From: Curvularia clavata
Taxonomy: Eukaryota
DNA length: 64,000 bases
NCBI GenBank assembly: GCA_023920165.1
Contig: CP089279.1
Location: 868,001-932,000, forward strand
Reading direction: 5' to 3'
The notes beneath the pieces are model-generated. The model was not told the DNA's origin, did not search any database, and saw only the letters and a program-made list of their open reading frames with translations. The position numbers and the translations under genes were made by a program. Shown here one piece after another: positions 59,517 through 64,000 of this stretch (within the stretch, counting starts at the first letter, position 1; the number at the start of each line of letters is the position of its first letter).

Positions 59517-60694
59517 ATGAAGTCTATTGTCGTCGCGGGCCTCGCTGCTGCGGTCGCTGCTGCGCCCACGGCCTCTGGTTCCCAGTGTGCTGCCTCAGCC
59601 GATGGGAAATTTACCATTACCACTGTCCAGGCAACGGCGATGCGTAGCAAGCGCGCCGTCTACCCCCGCCAACTCGATGGCATCCTTACCATGTCCCTCA
59701 AGGATGGCAAGTTGACTGACCAGGCTGGTCGCACCGGATACATTGCCTCCAACTACCAGTACGTCTCAATGGGAACTCCAATTAACCTCTTGACAATAGC
59801 CAACATCTCCACAGATTCCAATTCGACGGACCAGTTCAAGCAGGTGCCCTTGACACCGATGGCTTTGGTCTCTGCAGTGATGGCTCTCTGTCCCTAAAGG
59901 GTTCCAACCTGTGGTACCAGTGTCTGTCTGGTAACTTCTACAACCTCTACAGCAAATCAATTGGCGACCAATGCATTGCCATTCACATCATTGCGATGAC
60001 CGACGGGCAAGGCTCTGGTGTAACCCAGATTCCTGACGGTCAGCCCCAAGCCTCTGCCCCAGCCGTTAGCCAAATCTCCGACGGCCAACCTCAAGCCTCT
60101 GCCCCGGCCCCCGCTGTCACCCAGATTTCAGATGGTCAACCTCAAGTGACGGGCTCCCCTGGGCCTGGTGTCACACAAATCTCAGATGGCCAGCCACAAG
60201 TGACTGGTCCACCGGCTCCTCCCGTCACGCAGATCTCGGACGGCCAGCCACAAGTGACTGGTCCACCGGCTCCCCCTGTTACTCAGATCTCAGATGGCCA
60301 GCCACAAGTAACCAGTCCACCTGCTCCTCCTGTCACACAAATTTCAGATGGCCAACCCCAGGTTACTGCTCCTCCTGCGCCTCCTGCGCCTCCCGTTACG
60401 CAGATCTCAGACGGGCAGCCCCAGGTCACAGCACCACCAGCACCACCAGCTCCTCCTGTTTCGCAGATCTCAGATGGCCAACCCCAAGTCACTGCCCCTC
60501 CTGCCCCTCCCGTGTCACAGATCTCAGATGGCCAGCCTCAGGTTACGGCTCCCCCTGCTCCTGCTCCTATCAGTAACAACACTGGCAACGCGACCAGCCC
60601 ACCGATTCCCGAGTACACTGGTGCGGCCGCCACTACCGTCGCTAGTATCGGTGCTCTTGCTGCTGGTTTCTTTGCTGTCTTCGCGTTCTTGTAA
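59517..60694 (+). CDS. PIR/Cis3-type covalently linked cell-wall protein with ten QI[SP]DGQPQ repeats and a GPI-like signal; exons 59517-59758, 59815-60694
   Basis: Signal peptide and KR site, then LKDGKLTDQAGRTGYIASNYQ|FQFDGPVQAGA...YQCLSGNFYNLY, the PIR repeats, and a hydrophobic tail ASIGALAAGFFAVFAFL. Confidence 0.92.
60017..60565 (+). repeat. Coding minisatellite of ten imperfect 45-63-bp units encoding PIR repeats
   Basis: Recurrent cagatctcagatggcca(g/a)cc core; most units are 54 bp, and two are 63 bp with an extra APP. Confidence 0.9.
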
Positions 60695-62652
60695 AACAAG
60701 ACGACTGCTCGAACCAACACCACAAACACATCTCGGGCACACGACTGCCATGACTACACAATGAGAACGATTCATGTTGGAGTAAGGCGGGATATCTGTC
60801 TAACGACGTTCCTTAATGATTGCACGCATGTATGACTCTTCAATTCGAATGACTAATGGGAACAGTGGGATAATAGTGGAATTTTCGTCATTTAAGTGAA
60901 TAGCGTGTATCTTTCAAACTAGCAAAATAGCATAGCACTCCCTGAGCCGATAGCAAACGATAGATGAACATGGGATGAATGGTTAGTCACCCATCAATTC
61001 ACGGTCCCTACCCTACTCTGCTGTCTCATGCACAACAACCACCCCCAATGATGACCATATTGGCAACCGAGTTACCCCAGCAAACTATATCTTTATTGCA
61101 TAAGATCTAAGTTCATGAGTCTTATCACCACGCTAGTCTCATACACTCCCAACTATCACACCAAAGCAACTATCCCGTAAGCCGCCCTGTGTAACCAAAA
61201 CTTAGTTCCAACGGAAAGACTAATTACTACCGGATTCTAGATTTCAATATCTGCGTGCCTCGGTATACTCCTCCGTCTTGATCATGGAGCCAAGCGCTAG
61301 TTGCTAGGCGGAAATTATGCTTTGAAACTGGACTATAAAGACGTTTGGTACACTACGGTGGGCAATGCCGAGTAGCGCGCCATACGGAATTGTCCTTCTG
61401 GCTCTTTAGCTCAGCGGGGCTGTGAATATGAATCAAGAAGGTTGGGCGAGGCGGTCGTGTGACTGTGTGGTAATGGGTTTGACTCGTATTTTGTTCTAGG
61501 TGGGGGAGTTTGCCGTGTAGCCAGGAGAGGTGGATGCGGTATACTGGGGATGCTGGGGTAGAGGAGTAAGGAAAGCAGGTTTTTAGGCGGGGCAGGTAAG
61601 AATTGTTAAGATTAGAGACCAAGAAACCTAGTTTCATTGAAGTGTTTGTGGGGTTGATATCTGGGGTTACATTGGAGTTACGTCAATGTATTGGAAACAT
61701 TGCGCCAAACTTCTTGTACACGACAGATTTGGTGGTCTGGCTTGCGTACTCGTAAGTGTGGATTGGATATCATAGCAATTGTCTTCTATGCGTTTGTGAC
61801 GGTTTCCATGTTATTGATCGTTTTTGATTTAAGTACAGGGGTGTGATTGAACTTCTTGTCAAAATATTGAAGACAAATGAATATTCCTGGATTTTTCTTC
61901 AATACCAAAAGGCTCAAGCTTGTTAGTTCAGAATGTGTTGATGGCGAAGCAGAATGAGTTATGACACCGCTATCGCTCACATGTCCGAACGAAGAGTCGT
62001 TTCTAAACCTAGTAGGTATCATGCAACTGGTCATCTTCAGACCTCTACACTTATTTCCTTGCTTCAAGTTGTGTACCTTGTCATCATGATACGCACTTTA
62101 GCTCACCCTTTTTATGGCCTTTCATCGTCCGATGTTCACATCTTTACCATACAACTGCACATCCGAATGGCGAAAGGGCTCGCAAAGTGGCTCAGACCAC
62201 CAACCACAACAAATCACTCCAGTCCATTCCTTTCGCTTGTCAAGATCGCAATTATGCTAGGACAGACATTCGTTTGATGGCCACCAGCCAGGAAAATCCC
62301 TGATATGCTATGCCTAATGCGAAAAAACTACTGATCTTTCTAGACCAAATGTTTGATAGTTGTATAGAATGATTGAGTTAGTAGAAAGACAAACGTGGTC
62401 GAGAATGATTGTCTTAGAACTTTTGACATTCCACGTCTGATTTCAGCATTATCGGCGTACTGCACAGACCAATGCATGACAGCGGCTAAGTAATTGGCAC
62501 TGCGGGTGAAATTGGAGGTGGAGCGAAACCAAAGTGCTGTGCATCAATGTGATCAAGATCTAGATTGCATTTCCACTCTCCGGAACTATTCACAAATACG
62601 TAGGTAATACAGCCCAGATGGGGTACATTTCGACTACAGGGAAAGAAGATGC

Positions 62653-63422
62653 TTAGAGGACGGACAGATCGCCGAACTTCTCCTGCGGGGCTGTTAGTAC
62701 TTGTGCATGGAGGACCATGAATGTTCCAAAGACATGCCTTGTAGCCTGGGACGGCCCAGCGACCCTTGGAGACGAGCTGCTCGGTGCGCTTGTCAATCTC
62801 AGGCTGGGCAGCCGCAACCTCGTCCTGCGATATTCGTTAGCCTACACACTCGACCCCACTCATCCATAACCGTGTCTACGTACAACAGTGAGGTCAGCGA
62901 ATGGCCTGGCCTCCTCGATGTTCTTGAGGGTCTTCTGGAGATCGCTCAACTCCTTGTCAACGACGGCCTTGGTCTGCTCTGCGCTCTGGACGGCCTGGGC
63001 CTCGAAAGCCTCAATGGCCTTGATCTGCCTTCCTACGTCGTATGTCTGGGGCTTGAATGCGTTGAACTGCTTCTCGATATCGTCGACGACAGCCTGGTTC
63101 TTGAGGACGCTGCGGTAGTAGGCAAAGTCGACGGTCTGAGACTGCTCGGAGAGAACGGCCAGCTTGCGGCGCGCATCGTCGTTGCGCTTCTTGAAGGCTT
63201 GGAGGGAGGCGGCGGTTTGTCCCTTAAGGCCAAGCTGCGTAGCGAGCTTGGTCCAGTCGAGCTTGAGGGCAGCGCTGCGCTGTAAGAGGGGATAAGTTAG
63301 TTTTCTTGATATTCAATTCGGGGCTGCCATTGCGGGCGGGGGTCCGCCGGCGGCGCAGCAATTGGGCGGACTAGAGCTTCGACGGGGTGTTTGAAGGGGA
63401 TCTGACGTACTCCGACGGCCAT
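62653..63422 (-). CDS. ATP7: Mitochondrial ATP synthase subunit d (174 aa); exons 63422-63411, 63279-62884, 62824-62738, 62682-62653
   Basis: Reads [43 protein letters not shown]...[17 protein letters not shown]...[23 protein letters not shown]...[19 protein letters not shown]; the last intron is GC-AG. Confidence 0.95.
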
Positions 63423-63653
63423 TGTGATGGATTTAGACGGGAATGCGGTGGTTTCGGTTCGTGAGGGTGCAAGTCCAAGTTCTTCGCGAGAGCTCGGAAC
63501 AGCGCCGCCAAGCATCCGACGCTAGGACCACCGATCACTTCCGCCCTCCAGTCTATGGTGGCCCTCTTCCCCAACTTTGCCTCTCCCAAACACACCCGAC
63601 GCCGCCCTTCTGCTTTTTTCCCGAGAGTCTTCGCTTCAGCCTATCTTGCAACC

Positions 63654-64000
63654 ATGTGGATTATTGACTGGTGAGTGACCTGCTGTGTGACTTCATGTGT
63701 CTCTGCTGACCTTGCGCCAGGTGTAAGTACACTTGTTTCTCCCTCTCGTCACGAATGAAACCCGATCGAAGCCGAACATGTCTATGCAGCATAGGCAGCG
63801 GGGGGATTGTAGAAAACCTGCCTCAAGAGCCTGCCTCGCTATCACCTCTCGCCTCTGAGAGCCTTCAAAATTCCCGAGAAGATGCTCGGATCGACCTTAT
63901 CACATGCGAATAAATACCCCGTTCCTACACACAGAATATATGTTTCTCTATACACACATCACTTGTTGGGGTTTTGAATCAACAGAGGCTGACCTATCAT
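63654..64000 (+). CDS. SAR1: Probable 5' end of the small GTPase Sar1 (exon 63654-63670, micro-exon 63721-63722; continues beyond the window)
   Basis: ACCATG context followed by MWIIDW, which matches the MWIxxWF N-terminus of filamentous-fungal Sar1. Strong splice signals follow (GTGAGT, GCTGAC, CAG, GTAAGT). Only six codons are visible. Confidence 0.6.

Noticed and set aside
60017..60565. Regularly spaced direct repeats, superficially CRISPR-like
   Set aside because: They are in-frame coding PIR repeats with synonymous variation, in a eukaryotic gene.
62701..63285. 194-aa plus-strand ORF
   Set aside because: It is the antisense mirror of the codon-biased ATP7 exons and has no independent domain signal.
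63670..63730. Stwintron (nested intron) interpretation of the SAR1 5' region
   Set aside because: Removing the first intron does not rebuild a split donor. A 2-nt exon followed by an intact GTAAGT fits the expected Trp-Phe codons better.

Overview
This is eukaryotic, intron-containing DNA from a filamentous ascomycete. Short GT-AG introns with CTRAY branch sites support this, and the gene content suggests Pezizomycotina (inference). I can support about 23 protein-coding genes. The housekeeping set is signal peptide peptidase, a PPIL1-type cyclophilin, an RQT4/TRIP4-like zinc finger, CHS5, a GH63-like protein, MOB1, ATP7 and the start of SAR1, interspersed with accessory genes. The main finding is a head-to-head two-gene module at 19602-23467. 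One gene is a HeLo-like/SesA-type effector ending in two 17-residue HET-s-like amyloid pseudo-repeats. The other is a NACHT-ankyrin NLR whose first exon encodes one gaplessly matching copy of that motif, so the pair is a candidate NLR-to-amyloid-to-cell-death signalling system. Other notable items: a 1784-aa nucleotidyltransferase-fold plus ankyrin protein, a PolX-like orphan nucleotidyltransferase next to an IFI27/ISG12-like membrane protein, a probably GPI-anchored GH45 lacking its catalytic acid, an 11-mer amphipathic microprotein, a GC-AG intron in ATP7 and a probable 2-nt micro-exon in SAR1. I recognised no tRNA, rRNA, CRISPR or intact transposon. Exon boundaries were read by eye and family calls come from motif recognition, not database searches.
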